Part shown: one piece after another, positions 8,637 to 18,710 of the stretch
Layout of the letters: each line of letters starts with the position of its first letter
How positions within the stretch are numbered: the first letter of the stretch is position 1
Assembly: GCA_027337125.1 (NCBI GenBank)
Contig: GCA_027337125.1_3057.1
DNA length: 64,000 nucleotides
Direction: 5' to 3' (one strand)
Origin: a phage
Position numbers and translations under genes: made by a program
The notes under the pieces: generated by a model
What the model was told of the DNA's origin: nothing
Database searches by the model: none
What the model saw: only the letters and a program-made list of their open reading frames with translations

Positions 8637-10093
8637 TTCTTAAAATTCTGAATGAAATAGCATCTATTGGATCAACTAAGCAGAAGCAAGCAATTCTTGA
8701 AAAGAATAAAGATAATGAATTGCTTAAACGAGTATATCGTCTGACTTATTCTCGTGGGTTACAGTATTATATCAAGAAATGGCCTAAGCCTGGTATTGCT
8801 ACCCAGAGTTTTGGAATGCTGACCATTACCGATATGCTTGACTTTATTGAATTTACGTTAGCTACTCGGAAATTAACTGGCAATGCAGCAATTGAGGAAT
8901 TAACTGGATATATCACCGATGGTAAAAAGGATGATGTTGAAGTTTTGCGTCGAGTTATGATGCGAGACCTTGAATGCGGTGCTTCAGTATCTATTGCAAA
9001 CAAAGTTTGGCCGGGTTTAATTCCTGAACAACCTCAAATGCTGGCAAGTTCTTATGATGAAAAAGGCATTAGTAAGAATATCAAGTTTCCAGCTTTTGCG
9101 CAGTTAAAAGCTGATGGAGCTCGGTGTTTTGCTGAAGTCCGAGGTGATGAATTAGATGATGTTCGTCTTTTATCGCGAGCTGGCAATGAATACCTAGGAT
9201 TAGATCTTCTTAAGGAAGAGTTAATCAAAATGACTGCTGAAGCCCGCCAGATTCATCCAGAAGGCGTGTTAATCGATGGCGAATTGGTATACCATGAGCA
9301 AGTTGAAAAAGAACCAGAAGGCCTAGATTTTCTTTTTGATGCTCCTGAAAATAGTAAAGCTAAAGAGTTTGCCGAAGTAGCTGAATCTCGTACTGCTTCT
9401 AATGGAATCGCCAATAAATCTTTAAAGGGAACTATTTCAGAAAAAGAAGCCAAATGCATGAAGTTTCAGGTCTGGGATTATGTTCCGTTGGTAGAAATAT
9501 ACGGTCTTCCGGCGTTTCGTTTAAAATATGATGTACGTTTTTCTAAACTAGAACAAATGACATCAGGATATGATAAAGTAATTTTAATTGAAAACCAAGT
9601 AGTAAATAACCTAGATGAAGCTAAGGTAATTTATAAAAAATATATTGACCAAGGTCTTGAAGGTATTATTCTCAAAAATACCGATGGATTGTGGGAAAAT
9701 GCTCGTTCAAAAAATCTTTATAAATTTAAAGAAGTAATTGATGTTGATTTAAAAATTGTAGGAATTTATCCTCACCGTAAAGACCCTACTAAAGCAGGTG
9801 GATTTATTCTTGAATCAGAGTGTGGAAAAATTAAGGTAAATGCCGGTTCAGGCTTAAAAGATAAAGCCGGCGTAAAATCGCATGAACTTGACCGTACTCG
9901 CATTATGGAAAACCAAAATTATTATATTGGAAAAATTCTAGAGTGCGAATGCAATGGTTGGTTAAAATCTGATGGCCGCACTGATTACGTTAAATTATTT
10001 CTTCCGATTGCGATTCGTTTACGTGAAGATAAAACTAAAGCTAATACATTCGAGGATGTATTTGGTGATTTTCATGAGGTAACTGGTCTATGA
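8633..10093 (+). CDS. 30: ATP-dependent DNA ligase
   Basis: 486 aa; adenylation motif KADGAR (KxDG); sequence and length match T4 gp30 as recalled. Confidence 0.95.
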   Translation: MILKILNEIASIGSTKQKQAILEKNKDNELLKRVYRLTYSRGLQYYIKKWPKPGIATQSFGMLTITDMLDFIEFTLATRKLTGNAAIEELTGYITDGKKDDVEVLRRVMMRDLECGASVSIANKVWPGLIPEQPQMLASSYDEKGISKNIKFPAFAQLKADGARCFAEVRGDELDDVRLLSRAGNEYLGLDLLKEELIKMTAEARQIHPEGVLIDGELVYHEQVEKEPEGLDFLFDAPENSKAKEFAEVAESRTASNGIANKSLKGTISEKEAKCMKFQVWDYVPLVEIYGLPAFRLKYDVRFSKLEQMTSGYDKVILIENQVVNNLDEAKVIYKKYIDQGLEGIILKNTDGLWENARSKNLYKFKEVIDVDLKIVGIYPHRKDPTKAGGFILESECGKIKVNAGSGLKDKAGVKSHELDRTRIMENQNYYIGKILECECNGWLKSDGRTDYVKLFLPIAIRLREDKTKANTFEDVFGDFHEVTGL

Positions 10094-10275
10094 AAGCTTA
10101 CTTAGAAACAATTGTTATAGCTCAAAAAGAAGGTGGAGATGTTTCTACTTCGGTATCGCAAGTCATTCTCGAATTTGTAGATGCGTATGCTTATAATAAA
10201 TTTACAGAAACATTTGATGCCTATGAAAAAGGTCCAAAGTTTGAAATATACCGTACTCTCTTACCATACCACTAG
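10090..10275 (+). CDS. hypothetical protein (61 aa)
   Basis: ATG overlaps ligase stop (ATGA); followed by terminator. Confidence 0.45.
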   Translation: MKAYLETIVIAQKEGGDVSTSVSQVILEFVDAYAYNKFTETFDAYEKGPKFEIYRTLLPYH

Positions 10276-10282
10276 ATTACTA

Positions 10283-10305
10283 AAGGCCTTTGGGCCTTTA
10301 ATTTT
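10283..10305 (+). terminator. rho-independent terminator
   Basis: AAGGCC-TTTG-GGCCTT hairpin followed by TAATTTT. Confidence 0.55.
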
Positions 10306-10312
10306 ATAAATA
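10305..10312 (+). promoter_or_regulatory. candidate late promoter (TATAAATA) for alt
   Basis: Exact TATAAATA about 24 nt upstream of alt start; Alt is a virion-packaged late protein in T4. Confidence 0.55.
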
Positions 10313-10335
10313 GAATAAACACTAGAGAGGCTATG

Positions 10336-12429
10336 ATGGAACTTATTACAGAATTATTTGACGAAGATACTACTCTTCCGATTACAAACTTAAATCCAAA
10401 GAAGAAAATACCGCAAATTTTTTCAGTTCATGTTGATGATGCAATTGAACAACCAGGCTTTCGTTTATGTACCTATACATCTGGAGGTGATACTAATCGC
10501 GATTTAAAAATGGGCGATAAAATGATGCATATTGTTCCTTTTACATTAACTGCTAAAGGTTCAATTGCTAAATTAAAAGGTCTCGGTCCAAGCCCAATTA
10601 ATTATATCAATTCAGTTTTTACTGTTGCAATGCAGACGATGCGTCAGTATAAAATTGATGCCTGTATGCTTCGTATTCTTAAGTCTAAAACTGCTGGTCA
10701 AGCTCGACAAATTCAAGTTATTGCTGATAGACTTATCCGTAGTCGTTCAGGTGGCAGATACGTCCTTCTTAAGGAACTCTGGGATTATGATAAAAAGTAT
10801 GCATATATTCTCATACATCGCAAAAATGTATCACTAGAAGACATTCCAGGAGTTCCGGAAATTAGTACCGAGCTCTTTACTAAAGTTGAATCGAAAGTCG
10901 GCGATGTTTATATCAATAAAGATACTGGAGCTCAAGTAACTAAAAATGAAGCAATTGCAGCATCTATTGCGCAAGAAAATGATAAACGTTCTGACCAAGC
11001 TGTTATTGTTAAAGTTAAAATTTCCCGTAGAGCAATTGCGCAAAGTCAGTCATTAGAATCTTCTAGATTTGAAAGCGAATTATTCCAGAAGTATGAATCT
11101 ACCGCAGCCAATTTTAATAAACCTGCTACAGCTCCTTTAATTCCTGAAGCAGAAGAAATGAAACTTGGAATTAATTCATTAGCTTCTAAAACTAAGGCAG
11201 CAAAAATCATTGCCGAAGGAACCGCAGATGAACTTCACTATGACTATAAATTCTTTTCAAAAAGTGAGGTTAATGAAGTTTCTGAAAAAATTAAAGATGT
11301 AATTCTTAATGCGATTAAAAATGAACCAACTACTTCAATAAAATGTTTAGAGAAATACGCAGCAGCTGTTAATCAGTTATTTGAAGAATATAAAGATAAT
11401 TGGCTTGATAAACATAATAAAACCCGTAAAGGACAGCCAGATGAAGTCTGGGAAGAAATAACTAAAAATTCCTGGAACGCAGCAAAAACTAAATTCCTCA
11501 AACGAATGATTTATAGTTTTTCTGGAATTGGTGCAGGTCCAATGATTGATATTACTATTGCCCGTGATGGTTCTAAATATACTCCATCGCAAAAGCGCGG
11601 CATTAGAGAGTATTGTGGATCAGGATATACTGACATCAATAATCTTCTTTTAGGCCGCTACAATCCAGAACGATATGATGTAATGAGTGAAAAAGAAATT
11701 GAATCTGCTATAAATAACTTAGATTCAGCTTTTGAAAATGGTGATCGTATACCAGAAGGCATTACAGTTTATCGTGCTCAAAGCATGACTGCTCCTATAT
11801 ACGAAGCACTAGTTAAAAATAAAGTGTTCTATTTCAGAAATTTTGTATCTACTTCTTTAACTCCTATCATTTTTGGACGTTTTGGAATTACACATGCTGG
11901 TATTGGTCTTTTAGAACCAGAAGCTCGTAATGAATTAACAGTTGATAAAAATGAAGAAGGAATAACTATTAATCCAAGCGAAATAAGAGCGTATAAAGAA
12001 AATCCTGAATACGTTAAAGTTCAAATAGGATGGGCAATTGATGGAGCTCATAAAGTTAATGTTGTATATCCAGGAAGTCTCGGAATAGCAACAGAAGCTG
12101 AAGTTATTCTACCACGCGGATTGATGGTCAAAGTTAATAAAATAACTGACGCTTCTAATAATGACGGAACAACATCTAATAATACAAAACTCATTCAAGC
12201 TGAAGTTATGACTACGGAAGAACTCACCGAATCAGTAATTTATGACGGTGACCGTCTAATGGAAACTGGTGAAGTAGTTGCAATGACAGGTGATATTGAA
12301 ATAGAAGACAGAGTTGACTTTGCATCATTTGTTTCATCAAATGTTAAACAGAAAGTAGAATCATCTCTTGGAATTATTGCGTCTTGCATAGATATTACAA
12401 ACATGCCTTACAAGTTCGTTCAAGGATAA
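10336..12429 (+). CDS. alt: Alt ADP-ribosyltransferase (capsid-packaged)
   Basis: About 697 aa; N-terminus MELITELFDE...; C-terminal ART motifs YRAQ, FVSTSL (STS), EAEVIL (ExE); GAGAGG RBS 5 nt upstream of second ATG. Confidence 0.9.
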   Translation: MELITELFDEDTTLPITNLNPKKKIPQIFSVHVDDAIEQPGFRLCTYTSGGDTNRDLKMGDKMMHIVPFTLTAKGSIAKLKGLGPSPINYINSVFTVAMQTMRQYKIDACMLRILKSKTAGQARQIQVIADRLIRSRSGGRYVLLKELWDYDKKYAYILIHRKNVSLEDIPGVPEISTELFTKVESKVGDVYINKDTGAQVTKNEAIAASIAQENDKRSDQAVIVKVKISRRAIAQSQSLESSRFESELFQKYESTAANFNKPATAPLIPEAEEMKLGINSLASKTKAAKIIAEGTADELHYDYKFFSKSEVNEVSEKIKDVILNAIKNEPTTSIKCLEKYAAAVNQLFEEYKDNWLDKHNKTRKGQPDEVWEEITKNSWNAAKTKFLKRMIYSFSGIGAGPMIDITIARDGSKYTPSQKRGIREYCGSGYTDINNLLLGRYNPERYDVMSEKEIESAINNLDSAFENGDRIPEGITVYRAQSMTAPIYEALVKNKVFYFRNFVSTSLTPIIFGRFGITHAGIGLLEPEARNELTVDKNEEGITINPSEIRAYKENPEYVKVQIGWAIDGAHKVNVVYPGSLGIATEAEVILPRGLMVKVNKITDASNNDGTTSNNTKLIQAEVMTTEELTESVIYDGDRLMETGEVVAMTGDIEIEDRVDFASFVSSNVKQKVESSLGIIASCIDITNMPYKFVQG

Positions 12430-12432
12430 ATC

Positions 12433-14490
12433 ATGGAACTTATTACAGAATTATTTGACGGCGCTTCGGCGCCGGTTGTTAACTTAAATCCTAAGCATAA
12501 AATACCTCAAATTTTTGCTATTCAAGCAGGCGAAGAAAGCGTGCTTCCTGGATTTAGATTTTGTACATACACCTCTGGCGGTGATACAAATAAAAACGTT
12601 AAGCCAGGCGATAAAATGATGCATATCGTAATGATAGGTGTCAATGAAAAGCTATCATTAGTTAAACTTAAAAACTTGGGTGGAAATCCAATTGGTGTTA
12701 TTAATGCGGTTTTTGATACTGCTCTTCAAACAATGAAACAGTATAAAATTGACGCATGCCTATTCCGCGTACTAAAGAGTAAAACAAACGGTGCAGCTCG
12801 TCAAATGCAAGTTATTGCTGACCGTTTAGTACGTACTAAAGGAGCAGGTCGATATGTTCTTTTAAAGGAAATCTGGGACTATGATAAGAAATATGCATAT
12901 ATTATGGTTTACCGTAAAAATGCCAATTTAGAAGACATTCCAGGTGTACCTCCTATTTCAACTGAGTTATTCACAAAAGTTGAATCAAAGGTTGGTGATG
13001 TTTATGTAGACGTTAAAACAGGTAATGCTGTTCCTAAAGCTGTTGCTGTTGCCGCTTCTATTGCTCTAGAAAATGATAAGCGCACGGATCAAGCTGTTAT
13101 TCAGAAAACTAAAATTAGTCGTCGATTAGCAGCACAAGCTCAATATTCTACTGTCGATGCTTCACTTCAGGGTGATAGCTTCGCCGCTAAGAAATATCAA
13201 GAGTTTGAATCTAAAGTTCCAGTATATAAAGCAGAAGGACCAATGAACTCTGGTGTTATTCAGATTGGTTCAAATTTCAGCAAAGGAGCTATAGGTGGTA
13301 TGAGGAGTGCTTCTCGTTTTAAATCTAATGATTATGAACTAGAAAGCTTCCGAAATCATATTGCATTAGCTCATGCACGTTTACGTGATCCATCTATCAA
13401 GTTACAGAGCGATATATCATATCAAGGTTCTCAAGAATATTTAAAGAATAAAGAATTTTTTGATTATAAAACTGATAAAATTTTAAGTGATCTTGCTGAC
13501 ATTAATATTTCTAATAGCTTTGATGTTATTAAGAAAATTGTCAATGATTTAGTTAAAGGTTCTAAAGCCACACCAGATGAAAAGGTAGCTATTGTTCAAT
13601 TTGTCATGAATGGCGTTTATAAATTGATTAATGAGTCTGCTTCTCAAGCGTATGAATATGCAAGTACTGAAGTAACTCCAAAAGGATTAACTCAGGCTGA
13701 GTCTGATGTAATTGAAGATTATTGTGCAGATTCATATGTTGAAATGAACTCGTTCCTTTTAGGTAAACCGGATTCTACCCGTGAAGAATATATGGAACGA
13801 GCTATTAAACACATCGAGACAATGGATTCTGCCTTTGCCAAAGGATCAGTTCTTCCTCCAGGAACTACGCTTTACCGTGGACAAGAAGTTACATTTAAAA
13901 CTTTACGTCATAATATTGAAAATAAAATGTTCTACTTCAAGAACTTCGTATCCACATCGCTTAAACCAAATATCTTCGGTGAGTATGGTAAAAACTATAT
14001 GGCTCTAGATGATTCCGGCGCAGTATTTTCTGGTGAAGGAGAAGGTTCAGTTGACGCAGAAGATTTGATGCATATGGGCAGTCACTCTGCTTATGCGAAT
14101 GAAGATGCTGAAACTAGCGTGGGTATGGTAATTAAAGGAGCTGAGCGAATCAAAGTTATCGTTCCAGGACATTTATCAGGATTTCCATCAGAAGCTGAAG
14201 TTATTTTACCGCGTGGAATTTTGCTGAAGATTAATAAAGTGAGTACGTACATGATGAAAGAAACTGCTTATAATAAGTATCTAATCGAAGGCACAATCGT
14301 TCCTCCTTCTGAACAATTAGAAGAATCGGTATATGATGGCGACCATCTAATGGAAACTGGTGAAGTTCGTCCAATGGCTGGATTTAATCAATTCCTTGTA
14401 GAAGAATCAAAAGAAGAGGAAAACGAAGTTTCTCAAATCTTGGCTTCTTTGGTTAACATCAACGGAATGTCTAAAAAGTTCAAAATGTAG
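12433..14490 (+). CDS. Alt-like ADP-ribosyltransferase paralog
   Basis: 685 aa; first ~230 aa clearly homologous to Alt (MELITELFD..., QYKIDAC..., GRYVLLKE.WDYDKKYAYI...); divergent C-terminal ART domain retaining YRGQ, FVSTSL, EAEVILPRG. Confidence 0.85.
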   Translation: MELITELFDGASAPVVNLNPKHKIPQIFAIQAGEESVLPGFRFCTYTSGGDTNKNVKPGDKMMHIVMIGVNEKLSLVKLKNLGGNPIGVINAVFDTALQTMKQYKIDACLFRVLKSKTNGAARQMQVIADRLVRTKGAGRYVLLKEIWDYDKKYAYIMVYRKNANLEDIPGVPPISTELFTKVESKVGDVYVDVKTGNAVPKAVAVAASIALENDKRTDQAVIQKTKISRRLAAQAQYSTVDASLQGDSFAAKKYQEFESKVPVYKAEGPMNSGVIQIGSNFSKGAIGGMRSASRFKSNDYELESFRNHIALAHARLRDPSIKLQSDISYQGSQEYLKNKEFFDYKTDKILSDLADINISNSFDVIKKIVNDLVKGSKATPDEKVAIVQFVMNGVYKLINESASQAYEYASTEVTPKGLTQAESDVIEDYCADSYVEMNSFLLGKPDSTREEYMERAIKHIETMDSAFAKGSVLPPGTTLYRGQEVTFKTLRHNIENKMFYFKNFVSTSLKPNIFGEYGKNYMALDDSGAVFSGEGEGSVDAEDLMHMGSHSAYANEDAETSVGMVIKGAERIKVIVPGHLSGFPSEAEVILPRGILLKINKVSTYMMKETAYNKYLIEGTIVPPSEQLEESVYDGDHLMETGEVRPMAGFNQFLVEESKEEENEVSQILASLVNINGMSKKFKM

Positions 14491-14519
14491 TTTACAAGTC
14501 CCTCGTGTTGTGTTATAAT
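14490..14519 (+). promoter_or_regulatory. candidate early promoter GTTTAC-18nt-TGtTATAAT
   Basis: GTTTAC 14490-14495; extended -10 TGtTATAAT 14511-14519. Confidence 0.45.
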
Positions 14520-14550
14520 AATTTTACTGACATAACATGAGGAACACAAA

Positions 14551-14841
14551 ATGAAATCTTCTTTGCGCTTTTTAGGTCAAGAACTCGTAGTTGAAGGCGT
14601 TATTCCTGCTGATAACGCTTTTAATGAAGTGGTTTACGACGAATTTATCAAAATTTTTGGAACAGATAAAAAGTTCGGAATTTTTCCTTCTGAAAATTTT
14701 TCAAAGCCAGAACAGACTGAAAGCATTTTCCAAGGTGTAGTAACAGGTAAATTTGAGTCAGAAGCTCCGGTAAAAATTGAAGTTTATATTGAAGACAGTT
14801 TAGTTGCTTCAGTTGCTGCTTTTATTTCATTCCGTAAATAA
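14551..14841 (+). CDS. hypothetical protein (96 aa)
   Basis: ORF with GAGGAA RBS downstream of early-type promoter. Confidence 0.55.
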   Translation: MKSSLRFLGQELVVEGVIPADNAFNEVVYDEFIKIFGTDKKFGIFPSENFSKPEQTESIFQGVVTGKFESEAPVKIEVYIEDSLVASVAAFISFRK

Positions 14842-14847
14842 AAACAT

Positions 14848-14865
14848 GGGGACCGAAAGGTCCCC
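14848..14865. terminator. bidirectional GNRA-tetraloop hairpin terminator (GGGGACC-GAAA-GGTCCCC) between convergent genes
   Basis: Perfect 7-bp stem; lies between + ORF end (14841) and - gene 54 end (14870). Confidence 0.6.
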
Positions 14866-14869
14866 ATTG

Positions 14870-15835
14870 TTATATTGCTCCCAATATTTTACTTTGCGAG
14901 TTGACAATTCCCGTCATAGTATTAATGTTTGAAATGCTTCCCGCAGTTCCTCCTAATCTACTAAGTCGTGAAAGCGAATTAGATAGTCCAGTAACACCTC
15001 CACTATTTCCGAGAACGCTTTGAATGCCATTTATAGCAGCAGATTCAAGCCATTCAAGCGCAGCTTGTCTATCAACTGCTCCAGCCTGCATGACTCTATA
15101 CGCAAAAGTAACATCAAATGTAGTTATTTGGTTATCTCCATCATATGATAACTCAGGAGCGCTCACTGACACTGGAATGCATCCGGTGAACATCACAGCA
15201 GTATGAGGTAATCCATTACGAGCATGAAGATTAACCTGAATGTCTGCCTCGACATCTTGTGGCAAAGCACGCAGTCCAGTTACTGGGTCTTGAACAGCGT
15301 TAACCCAGTCTTGCATCGCACGATAATTACATGCTTCTGAATCCATTCTAAATGAAATAACCAAAGGGTCTAATTCTCTCCCAGTTATACGAACATTAGG
15401 AGAATTATAGTTCCAGTCAGTTTCATAGGATAATCTATTCTCTGGCATTTTTACGGAGTATATCATCAATCCAGATGAGTTATATGCCATGTTAAAGAAG
15501 TCAATTAAATATGTACCAACTGTAAATGAGCCCAATAAACTTTGAACTGTACGTTGACTCATGGCACCAATAAGATATTTACTAACCCCTGATTTTCTTA
15601 TCAGTTTTTGTGTGCCAGCAGTAATTAGCGTGGTAATTCCCTGATTAATATCGCCTTGAGTCAATCCTAACCAATCTGAATTTAGGCCCAAGTTATTATA
15701 AGAAAAGTTGCTAATTGAACTTATCAACGAAGAGCTTTTAGTTGATGGAGTTGTCGCAAAAACGCAGCTAAACATATTATTACGCTGGAAATCTGCGTTT
15801 ATTGCTTGATTATTAAATTCCTCTAAAGAATACAT
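14870..15835 (-). CDS. 54: baseplate tail-tube initiator gp54
   Basis: 321 aa (T4 gp54 about 320); synteny 54-48-29-28-27-51. Confidence 0.85.
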   Translation of the reverse strand: MYSLEEFNNQAINADFQRNNMFSCVFATTPSTKSSSLISSISNFSYNNLGLNSDWLGLTQGDINQGITTLITAGTQKLIRKSGVSKYLIGAMSQRTVQSLLGSFTVGTYLIDFFNMAYNSSGLMIYSVKMPENRLSYETDWNYNSPNVRITGRELDPLVISFRMDSEACNYRAMQDWVNAVQDPVTGLRALPQDVEADIQVNLHARNGLPHTAVMFTGCIPVSVSAPELSYDGDNQITTFDVTFAYRVMQAGAVDRQAALEWLESAAINGIQSVLGNSGGVTGLSNSLSRLSRLGGTAGSISNINTMTGIVNSQSKILGAI

Positions 15836-16929
15836 TAAAAAGTCCCCGCATATAAAGAAGCACGGTTTAACGTGATAATTTCTCTCATAGTAATCTCAAG
15901 AGTAAATGTACTAGGGAGGTTTGGAGCAATAGCTAATCCGTTAAAGTTACCATTAGGTGTTTTATCAAATCTGATGCTTTGTATTTGGCATGGGCCAAAT
16001 ATTTCCGTTTTTCCATCAAACTTAGATGTTGCACCAAAGTTTTTCACCATCCAAATTGTCGGGTTTGAAACTACTAGAACGTTAGTTAAACTCGATGTCA
16101 TTTTCTCAAATAGTGTTTTATTTTTAGCTGCGTCTTCCGGAGATAAAGGTTCAATTAACGTAGAACGATACCAATCATCTAAATACCCCTTTATTTCAGC
16201 AGCATATTGAGATTTACCCGTTTCACCATAAGAAAAATAGTTAAAATATTGATAGATATTAATAATAGCCATCAAATCTTCTGTGGAACGTGGAGTCAAA
16301 TCCCATGTAAACACTTTAGTTCTATTCTCAGCACCGCCATACATACTTCTGGCTGTCGTATAAATCTGTTCATTATTATCAGCCATTATACCTTGTGTTA
16401 TACTTTCCAGTGCTCCAAATACTGCAGTTGAAGCAATATTACTTAACACACCAGTAGCAGTACCTCCGCCTCTGCTGATAAGACTTTCTTGAACATCATT
16501 AAATCTATGTGATGATGTATCAACATCAGACTTAGATCTCGGTAAAAGAATATTTGCCACAGGAGCTTTACTTATTGTTCCTGAATTATTGTTTGATATT
16601 AATCCATTTGATAGTTTTGATACTGTACTACTAATAGTGTTTCTAGCTGTACTTAAAATACTCGAAGATGAAGAAGAGTAGTTAGATCTCATCGATCTAA
16701 GACTTCCAGAATCCCTAGATGACATATTGTATGCAGTAAATAATAATCCATTCTTATATAGATCTGTTACCTGGAAGTCCCCTGTAGTGTCATTACCACT
16801 AGCACGCCCAGTTGGAAACTGGGCAGTGTATGTTTTAGTTACTACTTCTGATTTAGTGCTCTGTCCGGCTGAAATTTTCTCACCGGACTTTTTAATTAAA
16901 TCAGCAGTTATTTCTTTAACAATTGCCAT
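15835..16929 (-). CDS. 48: baseplate tail-tube cap gp48
   Basis: 364 aa matching T4 gp48 length; synteny. Confidence 0.85.
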   Translation of the reverse strand: MAIVKEITADLIKKSGEKISAGQSTKSEVVTKTYTAQFPTGRASGNDTTGDFQVTDLYKNGLLFTAYNMSSRDSGSLRSMRSNYSSSSSSILSTARNTISSTVSKLSNGLISNNNSGTISKAPVANILLPRSKSDVDTSSHRFNDVQESLISRGGGTATGVLSNIASTAVFGALESITQGIMADNNEQIYTTARSMYGGAENRTKVFTWDLTPRSTEDLMAIINIYQYFNYFSYGETGKSQYAAEIKGYLDDWYRSTLIEPLSPEDAAKNKTLFEKMTSSLTNVLVVSNPTIWMVKNFGATSKFDGKTEIFGPCQIQSIRFDKTPNGNFNGLAIAPNLPSTFTLEITMREIITLNRASLYAGTF

Positions 16930-16937
16930 ATTATTCC

Positions 16938-18710
16938 TTAATTAACTCCAGTCGCATCAAATACACCAGGAGCAGTCGTGCTCGTTACGGGTGTCATATT
17001 ATGAACGACAGTATTTTTCTTAACAACATTATTAGTATTATTGATCGAAGGAGATGCTTGTTGAACAGGAGCTTGCTGTGCTTTATTCTTTTCAATAACC
17101 TGGACCTGTTTCGCTTCTGGCGATTTAGCAGAAGTTTCAGGTTTGGCATTAGGTTGATTTTTCTTGAGCTCTTGATAAGTAGCATCAATTTTAGAAAATC
17201 TAGCCGCAAGTTCTTTTTTAACTGCCGGTGAATTATTTAAATCCGGGTCATCCATCCGTTTTTTAAGGTCTTCATAGGCAGATTCAACTGATTTAACCGT
17301 TGAGTCTTTACTCATATCAGCTGAATCAGCATATTTTTCAAAACGAATCATCGCGGCACGGGCTTCATTAGCCTTCATTAAAGCATTTTTTCTTTCTTCA
17401 GGCGAAAGTTGCTTTAATTTTTCTTCTTCTGCCGCACGCTCTTCGTCAGTAGTCAGTGCTTCTTTATTATCAACACCACGAATCCAGTTAGATGCGCGAG
17501 TTTTCCAGTTCGCAATTTTGTCTAACCCTTTTGCTATCGGACCAAGGTCTCCATTCATTCTTTTATCTTGATAATTTGCAACTTTTTCCTGGTCTTCTTT
17601 ATTGAGAGATGCTCCAGTAGAATTTTGGAAATTTTCCAATGCTCTTCCTTCTACTTCATCAGCAGTGTCTTTCATGCCAGGAATGACTCGAAGAATTGCA
17701 GCAGATAATTTAGCCATACCTAATTGAATAAGTTCACCTAAATTATAGAGAACCTTTCCAAGCCCTTCTACAATAGCTACCGTCAAACCACCCCAATCTC
17801 CCGCTTCCCAGAATTTTTTAATTTCGTCAATAGAGCTAAAGATGCTCTGTAATAAAGGCCCCCATGTTCCGGTTTCGCTAGAGAATTTAGTAAAGTCAGT
17901 ACTAAACAAGTCCCAGGCTTGCGAAAATTTATCTGACCAGTATTTAAAGTGAACCATCAAAAGGTCTATTCCAACAACAACAGCCAATATCATTGCAGTC
18001 ATTTTAGCAGCTTCAATAGCAGCACTGACGGTGTACTTAAATAGCATGCTTGATATTTTATCAGTAATTGAAATGGATTTCTTAAATCCAAAATCAACTG
18101 TCTTTGTTAATTTATCTAAAGCTTGAGATAATTTTAAGTTAAATGCTTCTTTTTTCTGTTTTTCTTCTGGTGATTCTTGCTTTGGCTCAACTGGCTGAGG
18201 AGTAGGGAAAAAATCAGCATCAGGATCATTATTAACTGCTTCAGGAGCAGGTAATAAAGGACCCACAGATTCAGCTGTATCATCTTCAACAACTTTAACA
18301 GGAATAGCATTTTCGACTACTGCTAAACTCGTTCCTGTTTGTTGAATTCCAGCTGTCTGAATTTTTTGTTCTAATAAACTCGTTAATTTATCTAATTTGC
18401 TTCCGAGTGATTCACCTATTTCTTTATTGATATTATTGCCAATTTCGACAGTTTCAGCAATTAACTCAGAACCAGCGGTAGTATCACTCACTGCGCTTTC
18501 TACATTATCAATTGCTCCAACTATTTCATTTGATTTTTCTTCAACAGTTTGAGCTATTAATTCAGAAGCAGCTTGAGCATCATCCAATTTTGTAGAAATG
18601 TCATTAAGCCCAGATAAAGTGTTGGAAGCGGATTTAGCCGCTTCCTGTGTTGGTTTATTATCTGAAATAACTTTTCTACGCATCGTTTGCATTTCTTGTG
18701 GCTTTTTCAT
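16938..18710 (-). CDS. 29: tail length tape-measure / baseplate hub protein gp29
   Basis: 590 aa matching T4 gp29 length; synteny. Confidence 0.85.
   Translation of the reverse strand: MKKPQEMQTMRRKVISDNKPTQEAAKSASNTLSGLNDISTKLDDAQAASELIAQTVEEKSNEIVGAIDNVESAVSDTTAGSELIAETVEIGNNINKEIGESLGSKLDKLTSLLEQKIQTAGIQQTGTSLAVVENAIPVKVVEDDTAESVGPLLPAPEAVNNDPDADFFPTPQPVEPKQESPEEKQKKEAFNLKLSQALDKLTKTVDFGFKKSISITDKISSMLFKYTVSAAIEAAKMTAMILAVVVGIDLLMVHFKYWSDKFSQAWDLFSTDFTKFSSETGTWGPLLQSIFSSIDEIKKFWEAGDWGGLTVAIVEGLGKVLYNLGELIQLGMAKLSAAILRVIPGMKDTADEVEGRALENFQNSTGASLNKEDQEKVANYQDKRMNGDLGPIAKGLDKIANWKTRASNWIRGVDNKEALTTDEERAAEEEKLKQLSPEERKNALMKANEARAAMIRFEKYADSADMSKDSTVKSVESAYEDLKKRMDDPDLNNSPAVKKELAARFSKIDATYQELKKNQPNAKPETSAKSPEAKQVQVIEKNKAQQAPVQQASPSINNTNNVVKKNTVVHNMTPVTSTTAPGVFDATGVN

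Noticed and set aside
10625-10837. 70-aa ORF inside alt
   Set aside because: Alternative frame within a well-supported long gene
16994-17209. 71-aa ORF on - strand inside gene 29
   Set aside because: Alternative-frame ORF nested in a long structural gene
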